IMG/VR virus record: IMGVR_UViG_3300032046_000010
Location: 1 to 64,000 of that record
DNA from: a virus
Direction: 5' to 3' (one strand)
DNA length: 64,000 nucleotides
Below the pieces are notes generated by a model that was not told the origin of the DNA, made no database searches, and saw only the letters and a program-made list of their open reading frames with translations. The translations under genes were made by a program, and so were the position numbers. Below, piece after piece: positions 35,887-44,410 of this stretch. Within the stretch, counting starts at the first letter, position 1, and the number at the start of each line of letters is the position of its first letter.

Positions 35887-37110
35887 CTACCAGTCCTTGA
35901 CGCCCAGCTTGAGCATCCCCATGGTGATCCACTTGGTCACCAGGGCGCGCAGGCGCGGTTCGATGGCCTCGACCACCTTGACGCGGATGGCTTCCTTGTT
36001 GCCCTGGACCTCCACCAGCGGCTTCTTGCCGCCGACCGGCTCCAGCTTGACGCTGGCTCCGGCCTTGATGGGCCGGACGGTGAGCAGGTGCGGCTTGCCG
36101 CCCATGTTCATCGTCGTGGTGTAGACGTTGCCCTTCACCACGCCGCCCTTCTCCGGCTTCGGCTCCGTGCTGCGGGGCCGTCCCGGGCCGCGCTTGGCGG
36201 GCTGCGCCGCCGGGGCGGGGGTTGCCGCCTTGGCCGCCGGGGTCGGCTTCGCGGCCGGGGTCGGCTTGGCCGCCGCCGGGGCGGGGGTCGGCTTCGCCGG
36301 GGTCGGCTTCGCCGGGGTCGGCTTCGCCGGGGTCGGCTTCGCCGCCACCTTGCTCTTGGTGTCCTGCTTGCCCTTCGTTCCCATGTTGTCCTCCTGGCCG
36401 TCATCGGCCGTGGTTGCGCCGTCGGCATCGCTGCCTTCGGCATCCTCCCCGTTCCCGTCGCCGTCGCCGGCATCATCGTCGGCATCGGCATCGGCATCGT
36501 CGTCGGCATCGTCGGGGTCGGGGTCCGGGTCCGGCTCCACGACCTTGGCCGGAGGCTTGCCGGTGCCCTTGGCCTTGGCCTTGGGCTGCTCCGGCTCCGG
36601 CTCGCCCGCGCCCGCGTCCGGCTCCGCCGTCGTGGCCTCCGGTTCCGCATCCGGCTCCGTGGCCTCCGGCTCCGTGGCCTCCGGCTCCGCCGTCGTGGTC
36701 GTCGCCTTGGCACCCTTCTTCACGATGATCTTCTTGCCCATGACGCCTTCCTCCTGTTGACGGGGTCCACCCGCCAGCTTCGTGGTCACCGGGATGTCCA
36801 ACGCCTCCCGTGTGAACCGTTTGCCCACTTCGTGGAACCGGAAGATGAACAACCCGTCCATCCCCAGACCCACGCGCTTGATGATCTCCATCAGCTGGTC
36901 GTCGGTCGGCTCCGACTCCCGGCTGTCCAACACCACCACCGACTCCCGCTGCGTCTTGCTGTAGTAGCCCGCCGCGCAGAAGCTCCCTTCCAGCAACCCA
37001 GTGGTCTTGCCGTTCTGGAACACGCCAGTCACCAGCGACACCAACCACACGTCCGGTGCGACGGGCTCAACCACCAGTTCCTTGCCGACATTGGGTTCGT
37101 ATCCGATCAT
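35887..37110 (-). CDS. low-complexity acidic/basic protein with AKPTP repeats and AT-hook (histone H1-like candidate)
   Basis: D/E tract, AKPTP repeats, KRGPGRPR. Confidence 0.7.
   Translation of the reverse strand: MIGYEPNVGKELVVEPVAPDVWLVSLVTGVFQNGKTTGLLEGSFCAAGYYSKTQRESVVVLDSRESEPTDDQLMEIIKRVGLGMDGLFIFRFHEVGKRFTREALDIPVTTKLAGGPRQQEEGVMGKKIIVKKGAKATTTTAEPEATEPEATEPDAEPEATTAEPDAGAGEPEPEQPKAKAKGTGKPPAKVVEPDPDPDPDDADDDADADADDDAGDGDGNGEDAEGSDADGATTADDGQEDNMGTKGKQDTKSKVAAKPTPAKPTPAKPTPAKPTPAPAAAKPTPAAKPTPAAKAATPAPAAQPAKRGPGRPRSTEPKPEKGGVVKGNVYTTTMNMGGKPHLLTVRPIKAGASVKLEPVGGKKPLVEVQGNKEAIRVKVVEAIEPRLRALVTKWITMGMLKLGVKDW
36284..36343. repeat. 15-bp coding tandem repeat x4 (AKPTP)
   Basis: GGGGTCGGCTTCGCC x4. 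Confidence 0.9.
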
Positions 37111-37148
37111 CCCGCACCGCCTAATCTAGTGACCCACCTTGGCTTCCA

Positions 37149-37787
37149 CTAGTACACCTTGTTGATCGCCATCCGCTGGAGCCAGTCGATCAGCTGTGGA
37201 GCGCCGTCGCCGCGCTTCGGGTCCGACATGAACTGGACCGTCTTGGATGCCCACGGCTTCAACTGGCAGATCATGAACTTGCGGTTCCAGACCCGGCACA
37301 CCAGCGTAGCTCCGCCCTGCCGACCGTTGGGCGACCCAAGCTTGATCTCGCCCTTGCTGTAGATGCCGCCCTTGCTGTCGGTGAACGACTCCATCGGGCC
37401 GTCCCACGGGCACGGACCACGGTGACCGGCGAGGGCATCCACGCCGCTCTTGACCGCCATCAGCACGTTGGACTGCTTGGCGATGCGGTCCCGCTTCTCA
37501 GGGGTCAAGGTCGCCGGATCAACACGCCGCTGAGCCTCGCTGGGCGGAGTGGCCTTGCCGTCCGTCGTCGTCGGGACATCGACCGGCTTGGCCTGCTGCT
37601 TGGCAGGCACCACCGGCTGCGGCTTCGGCTGTTCCACCCTGGACTCCGGCTTGGAGGTCGGGGTCTGGGACTCTGCGATGGCATCCTCACGGGCCTCCCG
37701 GGCACGCAGCTCAGCCTCAGCATCCGGCTCCGGCTGGAGTGCGACTCCAACTGTGAACCGCTTTCTCAAGTCATCCAACGTCGGCAT
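37149..37787 (-). CDS. hypothetical protein with N-terminal MPTL motif
   Basis: AGGAGG RBS after promoter copy 5. Confidence 0.75.
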   Translation of the reverse strand: MPTLDDLRKRFTVGVALQPEPDAEAELRAREAREDAIAESQTPTSKPESRVEQPKPQPVVPAKQQAKPVDVPTTTDGKATPPSEAQRRVDPATLTPEKRDRIAKQSNVLMAVKSGVDALAGHRGPCPWDGPMESFTDSKGGIYSKGEIKLGSPNGRQGGATLVCRVWNRKFMICQLKPWASKTVQFMSDPKRGDGAPQLIDWLQRMAINKVY

Positions 37788-37808
37788 CGTATCCTCCTGC
37801 CCCTACCC

Positions 37809-37828
37809 AGTAAGCGAAAACCAGGCCG
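37809..37828 (-). promoter_or_regulatory. conserved promoter copy 5
   Basis: CGGCCTGGTTTTCGCTTACT. Confidence 0.75.
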
Positions 37829-37842
37829 TTCATCGCCCGCCC

Positions 37843-40041
37843 CTACTGCGCCACCCGACGCACCCGGCCGTTCATCAGCTTCGCCGCCACGGCCTTGAAC
37901 AGCGCCTTGGGGAGCGCCGCCAGATCCCAAACAACCTCCGCATTGCGATAGAAGCTCGTCACCGCATCGCTCTGGATTCCGATTCCCACGACCTCGATGC
38001 CGCGCTTTTCAGTCGCCCGCACCACGTCCTTCAGGTGCCGCCCCTCGATGCTACGCTCACGCTCATTGCGCCGGGTGTAGTTGCCGCTCACGTTGGCGCG
38101 CTTGGGGTCGTAGGTTCCGCCGGTCACGGTCGAAGTCCCGGCCGCAGGTTGACCATCCGACAGGACGATCAGCACCTTCCGCTCCTGGGGCTGCTGCGCC
38201 AGCAGGTCAGCGACCATCTGGAGCGCATCGCCGTCAGCGTTGTTCGCCCGGCCGTTGATCTTCACCAGGCGGGAGCGCACACGCCGGAACTGCTCGCTGA
38301 AGCTCTTGTACTGGTACAGGTGGATCGACTCATTGCGGCCGTTCCACCAGCTTCCAGCGTCCAGCGTGTCGTCATCAGTCGTCACCATCCCGCTGGTGAA
38401 CCCGTAGATTGCGAAGGGCACGTTGAGGGCCGTCAGCGTCTCACCCAGGGCAACCGCCGCCAGCTGGGCCGTCGCCGCCTTGACTCCGCCCATCGAGCCG
38501 GACTCATCAACCAGCACCGCAACCGCCGGGACCTCATCCAGCGTCGTGATCTTGCGGGAGAACACGCGCCGCTCGCCGGTCACCGCCCGGTACAGAGCCG
38601 CGCTGTCCAGCTTCCCTTCCTCCTGGTCGGGGTCGTTCTGGACGTCAGCCTTGCCCTTGAGGACCATCATCAACTTGGAGCGGAGGCCGCCAACGACTCC
38701 CGCGACCATCTGCTTCAGCTGGGCGTAGTGCGCATCGCTGCTCAACTCTTGGACGATGATCTTGTCAGCCGCCTTGGCGCTTGGCCGGGCCACGTAGCGG
38801 CCATCGCTCTGCGCCGCGCTGGAGGCGTCCTTGCTCAGCTGGTCGCGCACCGCGTCCATCATGTCCTTCGCAGCGTCATCGAACAGGTCATCAACCGGCT
38901 TGGAGTCGGTCGGGTCATCATTGATCTTGGTGTTGTCGCTGGCGCCCACGTTGCCGCCCGCCTCGCCGGTCTCAGCCTCGCCACCCTCCTGGTCACCCTG
39001 ATCCTCGCCAGTCCCTTCCTGCTCGCCCTTCCCGGCCGACCCTTCCTGGTTGCCTTCCTCGCCGTCCTCACCCTCAACAGCGCCGTCGTCGCCTTCCTCG
39101 CCCTCGTCACCGCCGTCCTCATCCTCGCCCTCGCCCGCACCACCCTCACCGTCGTCGCCCTCGTCGCCCTCGTCGCCCTCGTCATCCGACTCGCCCTTGG
39201 ACTCGCCCTTGGTGTCCTGCTCGCCGTCCTCAGCACCGTCGTCGCCCGCACCGTCGTCGCCCTCGTCAGCCTCGCCCTCATCACCCTCATCGGCCTTGCC
39301 CTGCTCGCCCTTGCTCTGGGGCTTGGACTCGGGCTTGGACTCGGGCTTGGACTCGGGCTTGGACTCGCCCTGCTCGCCGTCCTGCGACTCCGGCTGGGTC
39401 GGCTGGGTCATCGCGTCCCGCAGCGTCTGCTCAACCAGGTGCATCATCGACTCAACCTTGTCGTACCCAGCGCCGCGAAGCTCCGCCATCCTGGGGAGCA
39501 GCTTGGCAACCGCGCCTTCCAGCCGGGGGTCCAAGGTCACGGCCGACTCACCGAACGACCGGAGATACAGTTCAGAACCGAACCCGTGAAGCCCACTGGT
39601 GTAACCCGGGGTCGCCGCGTTGCGCTTGATCAGCTTGACGCCGTAGCGCCGGAGCGCCGACAGGTTCCGCTCAACGCCCTCAAACGGGTTGCCCATCTCA
39701 TCGTGGATGTCGGCCACGATGTTCAGGATGCTGTGGCGGGTCTTGGAGACCTTCATCGCCTCGGTGATCAGCTCACTCGGCAGCTTCACGGTGGCGCCAG
39801 CCGCCCGCGCCGCAACCGCCGCTTGCTCTTCACGAGCGTGGCAAGTCTCATGGTCCAGCATCCCCTCGACCACCGCCACAACGTCCTCACCCATCTCATC
39901 GACGTTCTCAGGCAGCTGGATCAGCTTCTGGTCGAACAGGAACCGACAGGCGGTCCCGGCCTGGACTACCTTCAACCCGGTGTCGGCGCTGAAGGTCCTG
40001 GCCACCTTCCCCATCGTTCCTTCCTGCGTCCGGTTCTTCAT
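37843..40041 (-). CDS. CobT-like VWA-domain protein with N-terminal HExxH motif and long acidic linker
   Basis: LDHETCH; VLVDESGSM MIDAS; VLSDGQP. Confidence 0.88.
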   Translation of the reverse strand: MKNRTQEGTMGKVARTFSADTGLKVVQAGTACRFLFDQKLIQLPENVDEMGEDVVAVVEGMLDHETCHAREEQAAVAARAAGATVKLPSELITEAMKVSKTRHSILNIVADIHDEMGNPFEGVERNLSALRRYGVKLIKRNAATPGYTSGLHGFGSELYLRSFGESAVTLDPRLEGAVAKLLPRMAELRGAGYDKVESMMHLVEQTLRDAMTQPTQPESQDGEQGESKPESKPESKPESKPQSKGEQGKADEGDEGEADEGDDGAGDDGAEDGEQDTKGESKGESDDEGDEGDEGDDGEGGAGEGEDEDGGDEGEEGDDGAVEGEDGEEGNQEGSAGKGEQEGTGEDQGDQEGGEAETGEAGGNVGASDNTKINDDPTDSKPVDDLFDDAAKDMMDAVRDQLSKDASSAAQSDGRYVARPSAKAADKIIVQELSSDAHYAQLKQMVAGVVGGLRSKLMMVLKGKADVQNDPDQEEGKLDSAALYRAVTGERRVFSRKITTLDEVPAVAVLVDESGSMGGVKAATAQLAAVALGETLTALNVPFAIYGFTSGMVTTDDDTLDAGSWWNGRNESIHLYQYKSFSEQFRRVRSRLVKINGRANNADGDALQMVADLLAQQPQERKVLIVLSDGQPAAGTSTVTGGTYDPKRANVSGNYTRRNERERSIEGRHLKDVVRATEKRGIEVVGIGIQSDAVTSFYRNAEVVWDLAALPKALFKAVAAKLMNGRVRRVAQ
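39319..39366. repeat. 12-bp coding tandem repeat x4 (ESKP)
   Basis: GGGCTTGGACTC x4. Confidence 0.9.
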
Positions 40042-40062
40042 CTTCGCCTCCACGCTCCTACC

Positions 40063-40082
40063 AGTAAGCGAAAACCGGGCCG
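40063..40082 (-). promoter_or_regulatory. conserved promoter copy 6
   Basis: CGGCCCGGTTTTCGCTTACT. Confidence 0.75.
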
Positions 40083-40108
40083 TTTGTGAACGGCCCTGGT
40101 TCCCAGTC

Positions 40109-41323
40109 CTAGTAGAACACGCGGTCAACGATGGCCTTCACGTAGGCGCGGTCATCCTTGCCCAGCCGGTTCAGGATGGCGACCGCAGCCGCCTTCCGCG
40201 CGTTGCCCCACTTCACGGTCAGCTTGGCCCAGGTGAGCAGCCGCCGGGTGCTCATCGTACAGAAGCACTCTTCACGGATCAGGCCGTCGCGGACCTTGCG
40301 AGCGATGTCCACCATCTTGCCAGCCACGTCCTTGGTGACGCCGGTCTTGGTCACGAGCACGCTGATCTCCTGGGGTCCCTGGAGATAGGAGACTTCCATC
40401 ACCACGCCGAACCGATCCAGAGTGGCCTCGTTCAGCACGTTGGTCCCGGTGTACATCCCGCTATCGTCGCCGCGCCCCAGGGTGTTCGCCGTAGCGATGA
40501 TGCGGAAGTTGGAGTGGACCTTCACGACCTCGCCGTTGTTCTCTGCCAGGACCAGCGGGTGACCGGGCTCAAGCACCGACTGAAGCCGCATCATGATCCG
40601 CGCGGGAGCCGCGTCCAGCTCATCGATGATCAGCCAGAAGCCCTTGCGCGCGCACTCCGTCAGGATGCCATCCTTCCAAAGCACGACCGTCGCACCAGAT
40701 TCCGACTCCGCCAGCACCTTCTCACCCACGAAGTCCGCCACCCTGAACTCGCCGTTCATGTTGACGCGCTTGGTGGGCTGGTTCATCAGGGACGCCAGCT
40801 CAAACGCCAGGCTGGTCTTGCCACAGCCCGCCGGGCCGACCATCAGCACGTTGGTGTCCATCTCAACGCCAACCGCCATCTGCTCCAGGGTCTCATCATC
40901 GAAGTCGAACATTTCATCGTGCTTCGGAACGTACAGTGCGTCATCCTCGCACACGTCGTCACGGACCTTCAAGACCGCCTTGCCGATGGAGAGGCAACCG
41001 GGCGGGAGCGCCGGAGCGGCCGGGGTCGGCTTCGCGGCCGGGGCAACCGGGGCGGGAGCGGCCGGGGCGGGGGTCGGCGTGGACGACGGAACGGTCCAGC
41101 CGGTGCCGCGCGCACCCTTGGTGTGGCCCTTGCTCAGCTGACGCCGTCCGTAGGTGCTGATCGTCTTGGAACCGGGGTACTGGCGGCGGTATTCCATCGT
41201 GCTCATCCCGTGGGCCGACTTGAGGTGGACGGCCAGCGTGTGGTAGTACTGCCCACAACGTTCGCACTTCACCATCGCGTTTCCGTCGCGGTCGGCCGGG
41301 TTGAAGTTTGCCATGTTCCTCAT
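40109..41323 (-). CDS. CobS/MoxR-like AAA+ ATPase with N-terminal C2H2-like zinc finger
   Basis: CERC..HLKSAH..EYRRQYP; GPAGCGKT; IIDELD; ATLDRF. Confidence 0.9.
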   Translation of the reverse strand: MRNMANFNPADRDGNAMVKCERCGQYYHTLAVHLKSAHGMSTMEYRRQYPGSKTISTYGRRQLSKGHTKGARGTGWTVPSSTPTPAPAAPAPVAPAAKPTPAAPALPPGCLSIGKAVLKVRDDVCEDDALYVPKHDEMFDFDDETLEQMAVGVEMDTNVLMVGPAGCGKTSLAFELASLMNQPTKRVNMNGEFRVADFVGEKVLAESESGATVVLWKDGILTECARKGFWLIIDELDAAPARIMMRLQSVLEPGHPLVLAENNGEVVKVHSNFRIIATANTLGRGDDSGMYTGTNVLNEATLDRFGVVMEVSYLQGPQEISVLVTKTGVTKDVAGKMVDIARKVRDGLIREECFCTMSTRRLLTWAKLTVKWGNARKAAAVAILNRLGKDDRAYVKAIVDRVFY

Positions 41324-41361
41324 CCTCCATCGGCGCGTCCCTCGCGCCTCTCACCCGACCA

Positions 41362-41381
41362 AGTAAGCGAAAACCGGGCCG
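41362..41381 (-). promoter_or_regulatory. conserved promoter copy 7
   Basis: CGGCCCGGTTTTCGCTTACT. Confidence 0.75.
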
Positions 41382-41540
41382 ACCAGCAACCCAAAATGTT
41401 CAGGCTGGGTAACTACTTGGAAACGCCCGATTCCAGCATTTTCTATGGGCATCGAGCCGATCCTAGCTGTTGAACTGATCTTCCCTTCCTTCCTTCTAGG
41501 GCCACCGCTTGGTGGCGGTTGTGGGTCGGAGCCAGCCCAG

Positions 41541-41925
41541 CAAAAAGTGTGTACGCGACTTTTGGATCCGGTTTGGCAGTTCACTATGAACCAACTAGAA
41601 ACTATGTAAGAATCGCCAACAGCTTTTGGCCATTTTCCAAAAGTGTCATCACTCGACACGACTTTGAGATCCGATTTGGCACTCACCATGAACCAACTAG
41701 AAACCTTGGATCTTTTGTTGTGTGTTTGAGTCGGCCGCTCGACATGTGAAAGCCAAACCGGATCGCGCGATCCTGGGGCCAAGGAAGCCCTGCCTTTTCC
41801 AATAGTTTGGATGTGTTGTGTGTGGTACATTCTAACCGCTTGATTCGTTTACTGTTTTGGGTGTGTACCAGCTAAAGTGTGGACCATACCCCATTTTCAC
41901 TATGAACCAATTAGAAACTATGGAA
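41541..41925. repeat. AT-richer intergenic region with three 22-bp direct repeats (candidate replication origin)
   Basis: TCAC(T/C)ATGAACCAA(C/T)TAGAAAC at 41581, 41683, 41897. Confidence 0.7.
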
Positions 41926-42105
41926 GAAACCCAGAATCGTTTGTTGAGTTTTTGGCCTGATGCGCTCGGCATCCAATGCTCCGCGACCATCGCCGGATGG
42001 TACAGTTTCCATTTTCGTCCCACTTTTAGTGGGCCAATCGAGTTTTCCACCATGTTGGTAAGGCTGGAAAACGGTGTCGGCAGAAAGTGGGTGATCCACT
42101 TCCCA

Positions 42106-43122
42106 CTATGTGAAACGTGGCAAATCCGAAACGCGCCGCTTCAACAACATTACCCTCGCTTGGCTCGCCGGCACCGCCTTGGAAACCAGTTCCGCGATGT
42201 ACGTAGTGGGCGATTCAGCCGGATCGGACTGGTTGGCGTTAGGGTACAGCGCGATCTTGACGTTGTCTAGTTTCTCCGATTCCGCCACTACGTAGCTGGC
42301 CGCGTCTGGATCCAGTAGCATCACCTTCGGCCCGTCTAACATGAGAAGCATCGCCAATTGGGAGCCACGTATGGACTTGCCCATCAGGCCTAACGTCCCG
42401 AAACCAGCACGGAATCCAGCCAACGTATCTAATGGCCCTTCGACGATTAGCCACGGTGGTCCGAAGGGTAGTGCAACCTCCCATCCGAACAGTAGGTGCC
42501 CCACTCCGTCGCCTCCCAGGTAGCGCGGCATCATCCCCGGGAGGGTCGCCCGGGTCGTGAAGGAACGTCCCAAGGGGCAGGAAACCGGGAACACTACACG
42601 GGAAGCGTAGCGCCCGCTGAGGCAATAACCCAGGCCGTATGCCTTGATCTCTGCGTCCTGTACGCCCCTCTGCCTCAGGTAGCGCGGCACCACTAGGCGT
42701 CCGTCCTGCTCGCAAGGCGTGTACTCTGCCGGGAGCGGTGTGTCCACGACCTCCTGCTTGCGCTCCCGCCGGAGCGCCTCCAAACGCTCCGTCAGCTCAC
42801 CCTTGATGTGCGGGATGTAGGGCATCGACTCCGATGCGATGATGCGCCGTGCCTCGCCGGGTCCGACTCCAAGCACACCTTGGACCAACTGGACGGGACC
42901 TCCGGCGATGGAGCAGCACTTGCAGTCCCAAGCGCCGGTCTTGGTGTTCACGTACAAGTGTGCTGGTTTGCCGCAACTGAAGCAGTCCATGACCACGTGG
43001 TCGCGGCCGGACGGCCGGAGCCGACCCACCGACCTGCTGAGCAGTTCCTTGATGTCGAAGCGCAGCGGGTCGCGCCTCGACCCGTCCCGCCGCTCGATGT
43101 GTGCGCCGGGATCAAAGCTCAT
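42106..43122 (-). CDS. DNA primase (zinc-binding domain + TOPRIM)
   Basis: CFSC..HLYVN...WDCKCC; YLRQRG; IVEGPLD; LDPDA. Confidence 0.88.
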   Translation of the reverse strand: MSFDPGAHIERRDGSRRDPLRFDIKELLSRSVGRLRPSGRDHVVMDCFSCGKPAHLYVNTKTGAWDCKCCSIAGGPVQLVQGVLGVGPGEARRIIASESMPYIPHIKGELTERLEALRRERKQEVVDTPLPAEYTPCEQDGRLVVPRYLRQRGVQDAEIKAYGLGYCLSGRYASRVVFPVSCPLGRSFTTRATLPGMMPRYLGGDGVGHLLFGWEVALPFGPPWLIVEGPLDTLAGFRAGFGTLGLMGKSIRGSQLAMLLMLDGPKVMLLDPDAASYVVAESEKLDNVKIALYPNANQSDPAESPTTYIAELVSKAVPASQARVMLLKRRVSDLPRFT

Positions 43123-44410
43123 CGTGGGTTTCCTCCGGTGCCGTGTCCATCCTCATCCGCTCCAACTCTGCGACCAAGGGCACCAACACGTTGCGCTTCC
43201 CTGAGCGCCTCTTGCCCAAGTACATCAGGAGCCGTTCCTCACCCTTGTCACCCTGGAGTGCGTTGATCGAGATGTACCAGTCCGCGATCCTCACCTTCTC
43301 ATAGTTGTCGGCCACCGCCTCCTTGGTAGCGATCTTGTTGACCCAGGACTTGTGAACCTGTGTTGTGGCCACGACAACGCAATGCTCTTCTTCAGCCAAG
43401 CCCTTCAGGTCATAGTAGACCTCGGTGGACTCAAACCTCTTGTCGTTGTACTTGCGAGCGGAGCGGAGGTGGTCAGGCGAGTCCACCAACACGAGGGTCG
43501 GCCGGCAACCAGCATTTGACCTCTCACGGATCACGGCGCGGATGTCGGACACGGTGCCGATGTTGACACCCAGCCGCTCCATCCGCAACAGCTTGTTCAT
43601 CCGGTCCCAGTTCGCCTCCATCCAACGTGATAGCAGCCGGTGCTCTGCCTTCATCAGATGTCGCTCACGGATGTTTTCTTCCAACACGCCGGTGAACCGC
43701 GACATGTAGCGCCCGGCCCTCGACTCGTTGTCCATCTCCGTCCCGACATCAAGCGTGAAGATGCTGCGGCTCACGGCCTTGGCACCGATGTTCATCGCTG
43801 TGATGGACTTGCCGACGTTGCTGATGCCTGCGATGAGGACCAGTTCGCCCACCTTGAACCCGCGCCATCGCTTGTCGAGGTAGCTGAAGCCGGTCGGCAC
43901 GAAGTCCCGCGTGTCCTCTGCTAGCTTGGGTGAGATGAGCTTCTTGACTACATCCAGGATGCCGGTGTCTCCGTCGCGGGTCGCCCTGGCCTGGACTCGC
44001 GCCTGACCATCTGCCATCGCCGTCTGAAGTGCGTCCGCATCCTCCGCCTCGATGGCCTTGACCAGCTGTTGAGCCACAGCCGTTCCCTGCTGTAGCTTGA
44101 GCCTCCGGTTCATCTCTACCAGGGAGGCTCCTGGCGAAGCATCCTCCAGCTTCATCGCCTTGATCTGGCGGATGACACGGATGACCGCCAGCAGTTCGCC
44201 ATCGTCCTTGAACTGGGCCTGCGCCCGCTCCATCAAGAACCGGAACCCGGGAGCCTCCGCGTGTTCCAGACAACACTGGCGTGCGATGTCCCAGACCCAG
44301 TTGAGCTGCGGTGAGCTGTACTGGTACCCGTTCAACTGGTTGACCGCCCTGGTCAGGAAACCGATGTCTTGTACGCAGCGCCGGAGGACACCAAGCTCAA
44401 GGTCGCTCAT
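43112..44410 (-). CDS. dnaB: DnaB-like replicative helicase
   Basis: VPTGFSYLD, GELVLIAGISNVGKS, LVDSPD, KRRSG. Confidence 0.88.
   Translation of the reverse strand: MSDLELGVLRRCVQDIGFLTRAVNQLNGYQYSSPQLNWVWDIARQCCLEHAEAPGFRFLMERAQAQFKDDGELLAVIRVIRQIKAMKLEDASPGASLVEMNRRLKLQQGTAVAQQLVKAIEAEDADALQTAMADGQARVQARATRDGDTGILDVVKKLISPKLAEDTRDFVPTGFSYLDKRWRGFKVGELVLIAGISNVGKSITAMNIGAKAVSRSIFTLDVGTEMDNESRAGRYMSRFTGVLEENIRERHLMKAEHRLLSRWMEANWDRMNKLLRMERLGVNIGTVSDIRAVIRERSNAGCRPTLVLVDSPDHLRSARKYNDKRFESTEVYYDLKGLAEEEHCVVVATTQVHKSWVNKIATKEAVADNYEKVRIADWYISINALQGDKGEERLLMYLGKRRSGKRNVLVPLVAELERMRMDTAPEETHDEL

Noticed and set aside
3560-36741. Shared KRIIVVRKG / KKIIVKKG peptide in two proteins
   Set aside because: Only two short basic matches at opposite termini; chance cannot be excluded
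40109-41323. AAA+ ATPase as a sigma54 enhancer-binding protein
   Set aside because: No GAFTGA loop; motifs (DFVG, ATLDRF) and the VWA partner indicate the MoxR/CobS clade
37549-41473. Long plus-strand ORFs (846 aa and 594 aa) and other plus-strand ORFs
   Set aside because: Antisense shadows of GC3-rich minus-strand genes that carry clear motifs
41581-41918. 22-bp repeats as a mini-CRISPR array
   Set aside because: Gaps of 80 and 192 nt are too long and unequal, and the flanks are themselves partly repeated
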